Assembly (NCBI RefSeq): GCF_009914755.1
Contig: NC_060948.1
DNA from: the human T2T-CHM13v2.0 reference genome, Homo sapiens
Strand: one strand, 5' to 3'
DNA length: 64,000 nt
Below, one piece after another: positions 12,323-27,825 of this stretch. The position numbers and the translations under genes are program-made. Below the pieces are notes generated by a model, which was given only the letters and a program-made list of their open reading frames with translations, was not told where the DNA came from and searched no databases. Each line of letters starts with the position of its first letter. The stretch's first letter is position 1.

Positions 12323-12799
12323 GTAAAATAAAAATAATAATAATAATTTTCTTTTTCAAACTTATTTTGATGCTTTACTTATGTAGTCTTCAATTATTAT
12401 TTTCTTACATATTTTGTAACATATCAGCTGTGACTGCAAATTAAGAAAAAATTATCTAGGACAGCTTTGACAAGATGATCAGAAGAATAGTTTAAGTGGG
12501 GTCATGTTTTATTTTACCCTTGTGATTTTTTTATTTTTTTTTTTTGTAACTAGGTACTACCTTGTCCTAGTTCATAAAAAGTGTGATATTTCAATAAGAG
12601 CATAAAGCAATTTATTTACATTTTCTCAAAATCCAGTGAGAGTAAAAATTAACAATTTTAACAGCTGTAATACAAAGTATACTTAAAAAAATACTCACCA
12701 AAAATATAAACAAAAACCATTTATAAGCACTTCTCAGTTGAAACAAATATTTTTGTTAAAATATTCTAGGAAGATTAGCCACAACATAAGTAAGGTAGT

Positions 12800-12867
12800 T
12801 TTCTTTTCACTTTCCTTTTTCTTTCTTTTTTTCTTTTCTTTTCTTTCCTTCCTTCCTTCCTTCCTTC

Positions 12868-12922
<55 letters not shown>

Positions 12923-13070
12923 TCCTTTCTTGTTTCATTTCCTTCCTTCCTTCTTTCCTTCCTTCCTTCCCACATTCCTTCCTTCCTTCTTCCTTCCTTT
13001 TTTGCTACCTTCCTTTTTTCTTTCCTCCCTTCCTTCCTTGCTTCCTTCCTTCCTTTCTTTTTTTATTTTG
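12800..13070. repeat. Compound pyrimidine STR, core [TTCC]6[TTTC]14 (12845-12924); likely Y-STR DYS527/DYF401
   Basis: Repeat counted directly. Flanks ttctaggaagattagccacaaca (12764-12786) and ctgaagtgctatgtttgcga (13096-13115) match DYS527 primer sites as I recall them. Confidence 0.8.
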
Positions 13071-13348
13071 ATAGAGTTTTGCTCTGTTGTCTGGGCTGAA
13101 GTGCTATGTTTGCGATCTTGGCTCACTACAATTTCCACCTTCTGAATTCCAGCTATTCTCCTGCCTTATCCTCCCAAGTAGCTGGGATTAGAATCATGCA
13201 TCACCACACCTGGCTAATTTTGTATTTTTGGTAGAGAAAGTGTTTCACTGTGTTGGCCAGGGTGGTCTGGATCTCCTGACCTCACAATCCACCCACCTCG
13301 GCCTCTCAAAGTGCTGGGATTACAGATTGTTAGCCATTGCACCTGGCC
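13060..13348 (-). mobile_element. Alu (its tail forms the STR)
   Basis: Reverse Alu body ending cacctggcc. Confidence 0.88.
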
Positions 13349-14109
13349 AGGTTAATCATTTAAAGCTTTTCTTGTAACATTTAGCATGACTTCTCATCAA
13401 GTTCATGTAGCCAAGAAATGGAATTACCTAAATTACAGCAGGTGCCCAGAGTAACAGCTGTATTGCTCAGAAACCTTATTTTATCACCAGAAAAAAATAT
13501 AAAACAGGGGAAAAATGTAAAAAAACAAGGATATTTTCATTCTACATTTTCTTTACATTTAATGTTTGATAGTTTAATTTCTTGTTAAGATAAAGAATAT
13601 GGATATATTTTTAATAGAAATTCTAAAATATTAAAACCAATCTGCACAAGTTTCATATGTCACAATGTGTGGAGCATGGTAGGTTGTATTTTGTGCTTGG
13701 GGCACTGTTGTGGTAGAATTTATTAAGTGATGCTTCTAAAATTTGGTTTCATCTAATCCCATGAAGTGCATATCATCAGAATCCACATACTTTGAAGTAC
13801 CATTGCGCCAAGATTTCTGACTGCTTTGATAGCCAGGCACAATTTTCCTTGAAATCAGTAAGTCTCCTAGTTTATTTCTATATTATTTTAAAGCTTTTGT
13901 TGTTAGATGTGGTGTTCACTGAAGATATAAATGCCTTCTGATTTTAAAAAAATTTGTATTTTTTTTTAATTTCCTGTAATATCTCTATGCCCATTGTTGG
14001 AAACAATAGGATGTGAAGTGTGTTGCGTAGCTTGAGGAACAGTAATTGGTTTGTTCAAATTGGTTAGAATATACTATGTTTTTAAATCTTTTTATAGTAT
14101 ATGAGCATT

Positions 14110-15720
14110 AGCATTGACCACTATGAATGCCAAATGCAGTCTACATTAGTCAAGACCTATAAATACACTATCAGGGCTACTGATATTTGTACATTTTAGT
14201 CCAACTATGTTATGGCCCTTCCTATTTGGCCTATTGTTATTTGCCATCTACATTTCTCTTCTGGCCTAGACTTAGATTTTGGAATTTCTGTTCCTTAGAG
14301 AGTACAAGAGAAATATGTGTAGATTAATGCTATCTCTGCATTACTGCTGCACCTCTATAAGTTTGCCACCTCAAGTAAATACATCATGTTGTCCTGGTTC
14401 CAGTCACCTCCCAATCATCCTGGAGAGGATACTTCAAATGGAAATCAACATGTCCTTCTTTAATGTACCTCTTAAATTTTTAATATTATGCAGATGTCAG
14501 GATGTCACTCGGCCCATTGAAAGTACAAGTGTCACATACTGGCATCTGCTTGAAAGTCCAGTTTTCTACTGTTCATGTGGCCAGGACATTCATTATTATT
14601 TACTACTCATGCATTCAGACAATTGTCTTTGTAAAATAATAGTTTAAAGTTTTAATCCTTCATTTAAAAAAAAAACAGCATGCAATTTCATCCATGTCCC
14701 TACAAAGGACATGAAACTCATCATTTTTTATGGCTGCATAGTATTCCATGGTGTATATGTGATCATTCTCAGTAAACTATCGCAAGAACAAAAAACCAAA
14801 CACCGCATATTCTCACTCATAGGTGGGAATTGAACAATGAGATCACATGGACACAGGAAGGGGAATATCACACTCTGGGGACTGTGGTGGGGTGGGGGGA
14901 GGGGGCAGGGATAGCATTAGGAGATATACCTAATGCTAAATGACGAGTTAGTGGGTGCAGCGCACCAGCATGGCACATGTATACATATGTAACTAACCTG
15001 CACAATGTGCACATGTACCCCAAAACTTAAAGTATAATAAAAAAAAAAAGAAAAGAAAAAAAAAGAAAATGAAAAAAAAAAAAAAAAAGCAGCCTGCAGT
15101 TCAATCATTGAGCTAATTTGCTCATTCCATCTTCAATTGGTCTTTTTATTTCTGGTCTCTGTGAAAGCCTGCCAACAGGATATTGTTCATCCACCTTGAA
15201 ACTGTCATTTGTCAACCAAGCAGGTTGTTGTAGTCAATAGGGAGCTCTTCAAAGGGCATTGCCCATGTAAGAGTGGGATCCAGTAATTCCTGTGGTTGTT
15301 CCAAATTTGATGCTAGAAAATACCAGACTATTTGCCCTTGAACAGGATAAGCACCTCCTTGCACTTCCCTGTTAACATTGTACTCTATAAAGCCATCTTT
15401 TATGTTATTTTGGAAGTCTGAGCACTTCCTCATTAAACTGTTTCCTTAATATGCCCAACACCTTATGGGTGTTCCAAATTCTATAATTATTTTACGGTCT
15501 TCTGTCAAAGAAGCAGTCTCAATACCAAGGCAAGACAAGCTAGTAATTATCTTTCCAATGGCACATATTGTTTCATGGCATCCAGGAGTGCCCTGGACCA
15601 CAATTTCCAGCTAATGCTGAAGAGGGGCATGTGTGGGTTTTCTGCCATGGCCTCACTGTGCCCAGGAACATGTTGCAAGTACTTCTAAAATCAGAATTTG
15701 GATCACAAAGACCCAATGTG
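14110..15720 (-). mobile_element. Degenerate ERVL-class pol (RT-connection/RNase H), interrupted by an L1
   Basis: Minus-strand remnants TWAMPFEELP, AWLTNDSFK (AWFTDGS-like), EDGMSKLAQ*IELQAA (EGKSAQWAELHAV-like) and GDWNQD. Boundaries approximate. Confidence 0.65.
14682..15088 (+). mobile_element. Young 5'-truncated, 5'-inverted L1 (L1PA2-like)
   Basis: Inverted ORF2-end segment about 14684-14760, then sense ORF2 end and 3'UTR (gagatcacatgg, aatatcacac, atgacgagttagtggg) with a long A-tail. Has GAG rather than ACA, so not L1HS-Ta. Confidence 0.9.
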
Positions 15721-15779
15721 TAGAGAGAAAGAGCATTTTACCATTCAGAAATGGCCAGCTTTAGTGAAATTTCTTATTT

Positions 15780-16250
15780 AAATAGACCACCATTTATTGT
15801 TTTTAAATGGATGCATTATAATTTTACATATTTACAAAGTAGAACTATTATTTGTATACACGCACACAACGACAGATGACCAAATCTTTAAATGTCATAT
15901 TAGTAATTGGTATATTAGTAATTTCAGACATATATGACATATTTGTTTAAAGAACATTCCGAATCTAAACGTCTAGTTGTTTTGAAATCTACAAGAAATT
16001 ATTCATACCTATAATATCCCTCCCACACAATCAAACTTTAAAACCTATTCCTTCTAATTGTGTTTTTTATCCATTAACTGACTCACTTATTTGCTTGCTC
16101 AATGTCTTTCGCAGCCTATAATAAACTGTCATTCTATTCTCTGCCTTCATGAGATCAACTTTGTTATTTCTCAAATATGAATAAAAACATGCAATCCTTG
16201 TCCCTTATATTTCCTGGCTAATTTCACTTAATATAATGTCCCTTATAGGA
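15780..16250 (-). mobile_element. Old L1 (L1MA-like) 3' end
   Basis: ttcatgagatcaacttt...tttcacttaatataatgtcc, typical reverse L1MA 3'UTR. Confidence 0.6.
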
Positions 16251-16324
16251 AGCCTTTTTCTGAGTAATGTTCAGTTAATGTATTGAGGTTTTTATAAAAC
16301 TGAAATAATCACTCACTTAAAATT

Positions 16325-16514
16325 TAACTTGTTACCAAAATTCTTTGGGTATATAGGACTGTAGTTTGAAAATAGCTAAATGAACAAAGATGTCTTGAAG
16401 GTGCCTTAGGACACTAATATTGTACTCTTTTCTACCTCCTGTCTTACTTAACTCTGATTTGTCTTCAAATTAATAAAAATATTCTAGTAAATTATCTTGG
16501 GGATCAACATTAAA
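16325..16514 (-). pseudogene. USP9Y: USP9Y-like pseudo-exon (catalytic domain, after the Cys box)
   Basis: [58 protein letters not shown] vs USP9 [60 protein letters not shown]. Confidence 0.9.
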
Positions 16515-18128
16515 CGCCAAAAGAAATCAGTAATGCACTAATTTAACTTTACAAATATAAGGAAAGAAGTTGCAACCAATACCAAAAGTTACCGAATAAA
16601 ATGATATATTTTTATACTCCTAATTTTCAAAGTACTTAATTTATTTTTTAATTTTTACTATTATTGCTTATTTCAAACATGGGCTATTATAATTGAGTTC
16701 ACAGAAAAGTTATTATAAAAGAGTAATAAAATAATAACATACACTGGAAGTAATATAGTAAAGTTTGAACAAGTAGGCAGGAGTAAAGACAAGTGAGTCA
16801 TCTGCCATGAGTAACTTTTGGGGAATAAGTAACTTTTTGGGGAATAAGTTACTGAGTCTTTCTAGGATTCAGTATCTTCTTTTGAGAATAATGTGTTTTC
16901 CAAATTAGATAAGATTATTTACATGGTGAAATCAGAATTATTAACACTCAGTAAGTATATCTATTAACCATAGTTGTGGAAGGAAAGGGAGCATAGACAG
17001 AAGCTCCAATAGTCAAAACATGATTGTAGCCATAAAGCAAAATACAGTTGGTTTACTAGTATGTAAGACATTTCTGTGTTTTTCATTTTGTCTTAGGTTT
17101 GTGACAAAGAAGTAAATAATATCCAATTCCTGCCCTGGAGAAGCTGACTGCATAGAAAAAGGAACAAGGCAGATATACATGCCAGAGTACAGTGCTGAGA
17201 AAACATAAAGCACAACCAACCAAGTACAAAGGTAAGACATCAAATCTGAAATTTTATATTCTGTCTGTTTCATTTGTTTCTTGCTGGTATGGTTAACCAT
17301 CTTTATATGTGTTAAATTCAACACCCTAGGGGTCACACATGCTATAGTACCAGAACTTACATTCCAATTTTTCTTCCAATAGTGGCTGTTAACCAAGTAT
17401 TGGTGAATATCATATATGAAGACTCTACTAAAAGTAAAGCTACCCCGACTGTGATGCTTGGATTGTATAATTTACCGGATCTAGCAAAGAGAAAGACAGT
17501 GTGTGTTTTGTAATCTCTATAAATGATAAGTATGGAGACACTAGTAGCTGAAAGACAAATTATTTCTGCCCACTGAAAGGAAAAAAATGAAGAAATTGTA
17601 GGAAAACCATTTACTACAGTTAAAATATACTGATCTTAAAATTTAGTTTCTATCAGTGTCTATAAAGAAAAGTAAAAATATAATAACAATAATAAAGAGT
17701 TTGAGTATAAACAGCAAAATTCAGGTATTCCATATTCACTTATTTGGAGGTATGCCCTAAATAGGTGATCTATCAGTATAACTTAACTTTTTCACTGCTT
17801 TATTTTCAAATGAATACTTTTCATAGGCAGTTTGATGATAATTCTTAACTAATATTTTTTACAAGTTCACATAGCAAATTTGAAGAATAAATTTTTTTCT
17901 TTAGCAGGAAAACCTCGCATTTGAGAAAAATATTAGAGAATTTAAATAGAAGCACATCTTATGATACACAGACAATATAAATATTCAGTCATAGTATCTC
18001 AGAGATTTTAGCCATATTATGAAAAGTAATTCCCACATAATTCTTTTAAAGTAAAATAATTTCAGAGATAAAAACAGTAGCTGCTATCAGAATCTTCAAG
18101 GTAATAGTAATTAATAATTAGAATTTAC

Positions 18129-18379
18129 CTCACTGTTCTGCTTCTCATCTTCATAAAATCATTGTCTGTATTTTTACCTATGCATTCAATTGCAAGAATA
18201 CTGTCTCCATTGGAATATATATACACACACAAACACACACACACACACATATATATATGGCTGCTGGATCACAGAATTCATGTGATAAAAAGTACCAACA
18301 TTTTGAAGTCCCACGAGATTTTCTGGTGGGTGAGATATAAGAGGGAGCAGATATTCCCATTCAAAAAGTGCTTCACAAC
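18129..18379 (-). pseudogene. USP9Y: USP9Y-like Cys-box pseudo-exon with internal microsatellite
   Basis: CEALFEWEYLLPLISHPPENLVGLQNVGTFYHMNSVIQQ...DSILAIECIG...EDEKQNSE vs USP9 [39 protein letters not shown]...NGILAIEGTG...GDEKQDNE. Flanked by cag| and |gtaaa. Confidence 0.92.
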
Positions 18380-19326
18380 CTGAGATAAGAAGAAAAAATA
18401 ATGCTTGTACTATGAAAATAATAATTCTGCCTACTCTTATTTCCATCAACTGACAATATTAACAACAACTCATCAACAAAGCATCAACACAGTCATTTTG
18501 AAAGAACACTTTGAATTTTCATATTAACAACAAATAGAGTGACCATATAGATTTTTAACTACAGACCCCTTAGTTCTGTATTTTAATGATATTACATCTA
18601 TTTGTTAAAAAAAGTGTTTGTTTAAAAAAAATCTCTTTAGAATATATATATAAACTGTGCCAATTCAGTTGTTAAATAAATTAACAAAATGAGTTTTTAA
18701 AAAGGAAATGCTTCTCTCTACATAGATCCCACAAGACAAAGATCGGACCTTTTAAGGAGTGAGTTTAGCTAGAAACTCCTACAATGTGGTAGAAAATATA
18801 GTCACCCAAAGAAAAATATACATGAATATAATTTCACATTTTCCAATAAAAGATCTGTACAGAATGCTATTGTTAATTGTATTCTAACCTTCACTTTTCT
18901 CTTGAAATAAACTAAATTTTGTTATCATTCGTTAATTTACTTATATTACTTCCCAACCTGAGTTTCAGTTCTGTGTAAGATTTTAACATTGCTACTTACT
19001 TTTTTAGCATGATGTGGACATTTAGAAGTAATAAAATGCACTCAAAAGTTCTCTTCTCACATTATGATTTTTAAAGCCATACCTCTGTTATACTTTAACT
19101 AAAATAACATTAAGCAGCTTCAAGGCTTGGGTTATGAAAATATTTTTAATGCATACATTTTAAATATAAACATAACACTAACTTCGGCTTCCCATTACTC
19201 TGAGGTTTCAGTATTTTTTAACACATGATTCAATAAAACCCACTTTGGTTACCAACACCAAATATAGGGGAGCACTTAAGAAATACATATTTTTTAAATT
19301 TACTATTGTCTGACATAAATGGTTTT

Positions 19327-22135
<2,809 letters not shown>

Positions 22136-22337
22136 GACATAAAGGGTTTTAAATATATATCTGATGGCTACCAAATGTTCAACTAGTTGATCAAAAGCAA
22201 GCAAAAAAATCATGTGCTAATTTTTTTCCAAATGAAAATATACTTTCAAAGTAAAGTATTATTAATGAACAAAACAGTTTTATAATTTAAAAACTCAGTA
22301 TGCATTGCCTTATGTATGTAATGTATTTCTTTCAAAG

Positions 22338-22610
22338 TGAGGAGTTTGAGACCAGCCTAGGCAACATGAGGAAACCCGTGTGTACTAAAAATGTTAAAAA
22401 ATAATAAAAAAAATACTGCCATTTGGACTGGTGGGTGACTGTGGTCCCAGCTACTCAGTTGGCTGATGCAGGAGAATTGCTTGAACCTGAGATGCAGAGG
22501 TTGCAGTGAACCAAGATCCTGTCACTCCAGGTTGAGCAACAGAACAAGATTTAATCACAATTCACCCACCTGCCACAAACAAAAAATAAATAAATAAGAA
22601 AAATAAAAGG
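22338..22610 (+). mobile_element. 5'-truncated Alu
   Basis: ggagtttgagaccagcct...gttgcagtgaaccaagatc. Confidence 0.8.
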
Positions 22611-23681
22611 ATCGAATCAACTGTGAATATATCAGGTATTGATAATGCCAGTTCACCTAACAAAAGAGAAAAATCCATGTACTGATGGAACTTATATTTT
22701 GGCTTTAATGGAAAGTAGTGACAAAATCTAGTGATTTTATTTTTAAGTCAGAAGGATAAGGATGGTGGGTTCATTTATTAGCAGGGGAATAGTATAAACT
22801 CAAAGGGGATTTGAGCAAATTTCTTGAAACAACAAAGAGAGCAAAACCTCTGATGTTGTAGTGTATACTAAGACTCTGAACAAGAAAGAGTATGGTAGAA
22901 GAAGATATGCAAAAGAGAATGAGAAGAAAATAATATATGGTTGTTTGTTACATTATAAAAACCATGGTTTAAGCTTAGGAAAAAGTGAAGCCGGGATTGA
23001 ATATTAATAGGTAGAATTATTTTAAGGTAAGGACAACATTATATATTTAAATAATAGTGATGATTGCAAAACATTGGGAATATCTTGGAAATCATTGAAT
23101 GCATACTTTAAAATTGTTAATTTTATAGTATCTGAAATATAACTCACATAGTTTAATAGAAGTAATAGTGTAATCGTTGTAATAGCAGAAGGTAGGAGAT
23201 CACTAAAGTGGCTGAGTTAATCAGATAAGAAATGTGGATAACCTGTATCTTGCTGACAGCAGGAGAAATAGGTAAAAGTGTTTAGATTCTTGACCTGTTT
23301 TAAAAGGAAAACATGCAGAATTTGAGGATTAATAGAAACGATGAGATAAAAAGCATGTAGGATGACATTACAGTTATAGGCCTTTGCAACAGGATGTAAT
23401 TACTATGAAGTGAAATGGGAAACACTTGGGGAAAGTTGTTAGGAAGTAGCATCAAAATTCAGTGTGTAGCCTTGAGACAAGATTGCCTGTTAAACATGAG
23501 TATGTGCAATAGAGTCATATGTGATTTGGGCTTTGGTAAGAGATTGGCTGGAGATAACAATTTGGGACTCACAATATCATTCAGAAATCCATTGTACAAG
23601 AAGAGATAACTGGAAGATTGAGCGTAAATTCATCAGCAATAATTTAAGGAAGAGGATGACTAAGAAACAACGGTTATATTT

Positions 23682-23990
23682 GGCCAGGCCTGGTGGCTCA
23701 CACCTCCAGTGCCAGCACTATGGGAGCCTGAGGCAGGCAGACGGCTTGACCCCAGGAACTCAAGTCCAGACTGAGATACACGGAGAGGCCCTGTTTCTAC
23801 CAGAAGTAGCTAGTCTGCGTGGCCTGTAGTCACAGTCAAGCAGGAGGCTGATGTGGAAAGATCACTTGAGCACGGGAGGTTGAGGCTGCAGTGAGTTCTT
23901 GATCTCACCACTGCACTCCAGCCTGGACAACAGAGGCAGACCCTGTCTCAATAAACAAACAGACAACAAAGACTAGAAATTAAAAAAAAA
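23682..23990 (+). mobile_element. Alu (AluJ-like)
   Basis: ggccaggcctggtggctcacacc...gaggttgaggctgcagtgag...accctgtctc. Confidence 0.82.
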
Positions 23991-25745
23991 CTATTATTAT
24001 ATTAGTCAAAACAAAGTGGATTATTTTAAATATACAACATATTTGGTAGACTGTTGGGGATGAAAGCCTGCCTGGTAAAGGTAAGTGGAATTTTCAAATG
24101 ACAGCATATCACCAATGGTAAAAAGATTCACCTGAAATTCAAGGTAACATTTTAAATTTAGCAATTAGGGTGTCACTGATTACCTTTGAGAAAGGACTGT
24201 GACTTCATTGTTGTGGGATAAAACCTGAGACAATAAGAACTGATGGAAAGAAAATAGCTAATAGAAATTCTCTGTGGAAATTAAAAGCAGACAAAAAAGT
24301 CAGTACCAAAGGAGACGGTTTTTGTTGTGTGTCATAAAATATGGAGTTTTTTTATACATATGTGATTAGGAAATCAAGGCAGTGAAGAAGAGGATAAAAA
24401 ATTACACGAAAGAGGAAAGGATCAATCATATTGATGGGCTGAGTCCAGGAGGATGTATTTTAAAATGTGATAAAGGTTTTGTCTTTGAATAAATAAGTGC
24501 ATATAGATATAGGTATGATTTAGATCATAGTAACAAACAACAGAAGTTGAGGAATTTAATACTCTGCAGCATAAAACTTAACAAATTAGAGGAAATGATT
24601 TTTATGATAAGCTATGAGAATAAAAGCAATGCAAAGAAAGTTCAGGAAATGAACATCTTATCAAATAAAAATAATATAGGCAACTTCTTGATTCTTCTCT
24701 CCCACTTTTTTAAACTACTACTTCTATTTTTCCTATTGATATATTTTAATAAATGACCAATATCTTCTGGGGAAATATTATGCTTTCTCTCTGGTAATTT
24801 GCATTAGCTTCTTACACATTTCATGCTCTTTTCTCATATTAACAGCACTTTTAGTCAGAAATATTTTCGTCTAAATTCTGTTCCAATATTTACTTGATTT
24901 TAAACAACTGTTGCCTTTTATCTTCCTTCTTATTCATTTTTGCTGAATATTGCTTCCCACCCATAATGACTAATTGAATTTCACAATATATCAGTAATTT
25001 CTCTGACAGTTTGTCTAGAAATAATCTAATATGAGCTATTTTGCCACCCCCCTCAAACAAAAGAGACTTTAGATCTTCTCTAGCCATGCAAAGTCTGGAT
25101 TTCACATCTATTTAAATTGAAACTTTACTTGATTAATAACTTCATAGCATTAAATCAAGCCAAGAAACAGTATACTAAATGCAAAATGACCAACATCTAA
25201 CAATTAGTGGAACTTAAACGGCTCACTGTTTTGTATTCCTTTCCGAATCAGAAATATCTGCTAGATAGTTTTCTTAGTGTCATCATGGTTAGACTGGGCT
25301 TATCCCTTGTGAAGTTTTGTTTTAGTCGATGTCAGCCACACACGCTGGCTGAAGAACACAAAAAGAAAACTAATGAGAAATATACACCTTTTTTCATACT
25401 ACCTGAAGACAGGACTATCATCTTGGTGTTAAGAGGTAGTTAATGCCTCGTAGAAGTTTGATTGTCTATTTCCTTAAAACAATGTTTGCTGAATAAATAA
25501 TATGTCAAGTTATTTGACATATTGACTAAATTATGTCAAATAGTTTAATTGCTTTAATTGACTCAATTATGTCAAATGGTGGTTCAATATTTCCTAAACC
25601 AGACATCGATTTTTTTTTATTGTGATTAGTGATACATATTTACCTTTCTGCATTTTCCATGAATAGTGAATTATACAGAATCTTGTTTTCTTCTGTTTCG
25701 ATTTGATAGCGAACTATACTAGATTCACTGACAAGAAGAGTTTGA

Positions 25746-26143
<398 letters not shown>

Positions 26144-26979
26144 TAGAACATAAATGGTTTGCTAATAAGCTTAAAAATGTGATAATCATGGTTCCTCTAA
26201 CTGAAATGCGCTGTGGTTTAGTTTTGTTTAGTTTTCACAATATTGAAAATTTTCCTATGCAATTTTTATCAGTCATAAGGTAATGATAGTTTTTAAAAAA
26301 TTCAAGTGGGATTAAGTCAGTCATTTTTTCTGTTCCTTTTAATATTATTCTCATTCAGCCTAATGGGCATTCTAAATAGTTATGAGGGATAGAAACATAA
26401 TCTTAAATTAAGGAATGAGCATAGTGTGAGTGAGAAGAGAGTATGGCTTGAAAATAATCTCATAAATTTTTTTTGTCAACTGACGTGTATTAACATGTTA
26501 GTGGTAGATTTCTAGACATCCTTACATTTGTAGCTGTGACTTGGAACTTCAAAACATAGCTAAGCAATTCATTTCCATATGTCTCCTGTCTGTTACTATA
26601 CTGATTTGCACATGTACTGTAAATTTTTTAAAAACTAATTTCATTCGGATCTGCATTTAGAGTTCCAAGATAGTAAAATGTATAAAAAATTACATACATT
26701 TTATAGAATTGAGTCACTGGGGATAACTGTTACCTTTCATTAAAATGGTAAGTGCAGAATTTTATAAACACATGCAAAAATGTGCAACCTCATGATTTAA
26801 TCTTCTATGCAAATAAAAATTAGTAATAGCAAGGGTAATGAGTAACACTAGCAGGGCAAGAAACACTTCTGCAAAGCCAAAGAGTTAATCCCAGTGACAA
26901 TGCATGAAGTGATTGTGGGCCATACTCTGGAGCTAATTTAAGTTTAATTGACTGAATCTCCTGAAAGAAAAGGACATAG

Positions 26980-27431
<452 letters not shown>

Positions 27432-27457
27432 TAAAATTTCTTAAATTTCTTGCAATA

Positions 27458-27680
27458 GGTCGGGAATGGTGGCTCACAACTCTAATCCCAGCACTTTGAA
27501 AGGCCGAGGCGGGCAGATCCCCTAAGGTTGGCAGTTTGAGACCAGCTTAGCTAACATGATGAAACCCTATCTCTACTAAAAATACAAAACTAGCTGGACT
27601 GGTGGCAAATGCCTGTAATCCCAGCTACTTAGGAGGTTGAGGCAGTAGAATAACTTCAACCTGGGAAGTAGAGGTTACAA
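27458..27680 (+). mobile_element. 3'-truncated Alu
   Basis: ggtcgggaatggtggctcac...gaggttacaa, with no 3' end or tail. Confidence 0.85.
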
Positions 27681-27711
27681 TTCTGTGATGATGAGAAAAG
27701 TTGAGATATGT

Positions 27712-27825
27712 AGATAATTAGATAGATAGATGATAGATAGAGAGATAGATAGATAGATAGATGTAGATGTAGATATACACAGCCACAGTCACTCAAGCAC
27801 ACAAACACACACACACACACACACA
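27712..27825. repeat. (GATA)n and (CA)n microsatellites
   Basis: Imperfect GATA run then CA run, seen directly. Confidence 0.85.

Noticed and set aside
12738-13145. 135-aa F/L/S/P-rich ORF and K/E/R-rich antisense ORFs
   Set aside because: Translations of the TTTC/TTCC microsatellite and an Alu.
13350-14100. Possible USP9 last exon/3'UTR
   Set aside because: No convincing match to NNHVHGQPYTGPAAHH by eye.
14279-14647. 122-aa plus-strand ORF
   Set aside because: Antisense to a degenerate ERVL pol; no recognisable protein.
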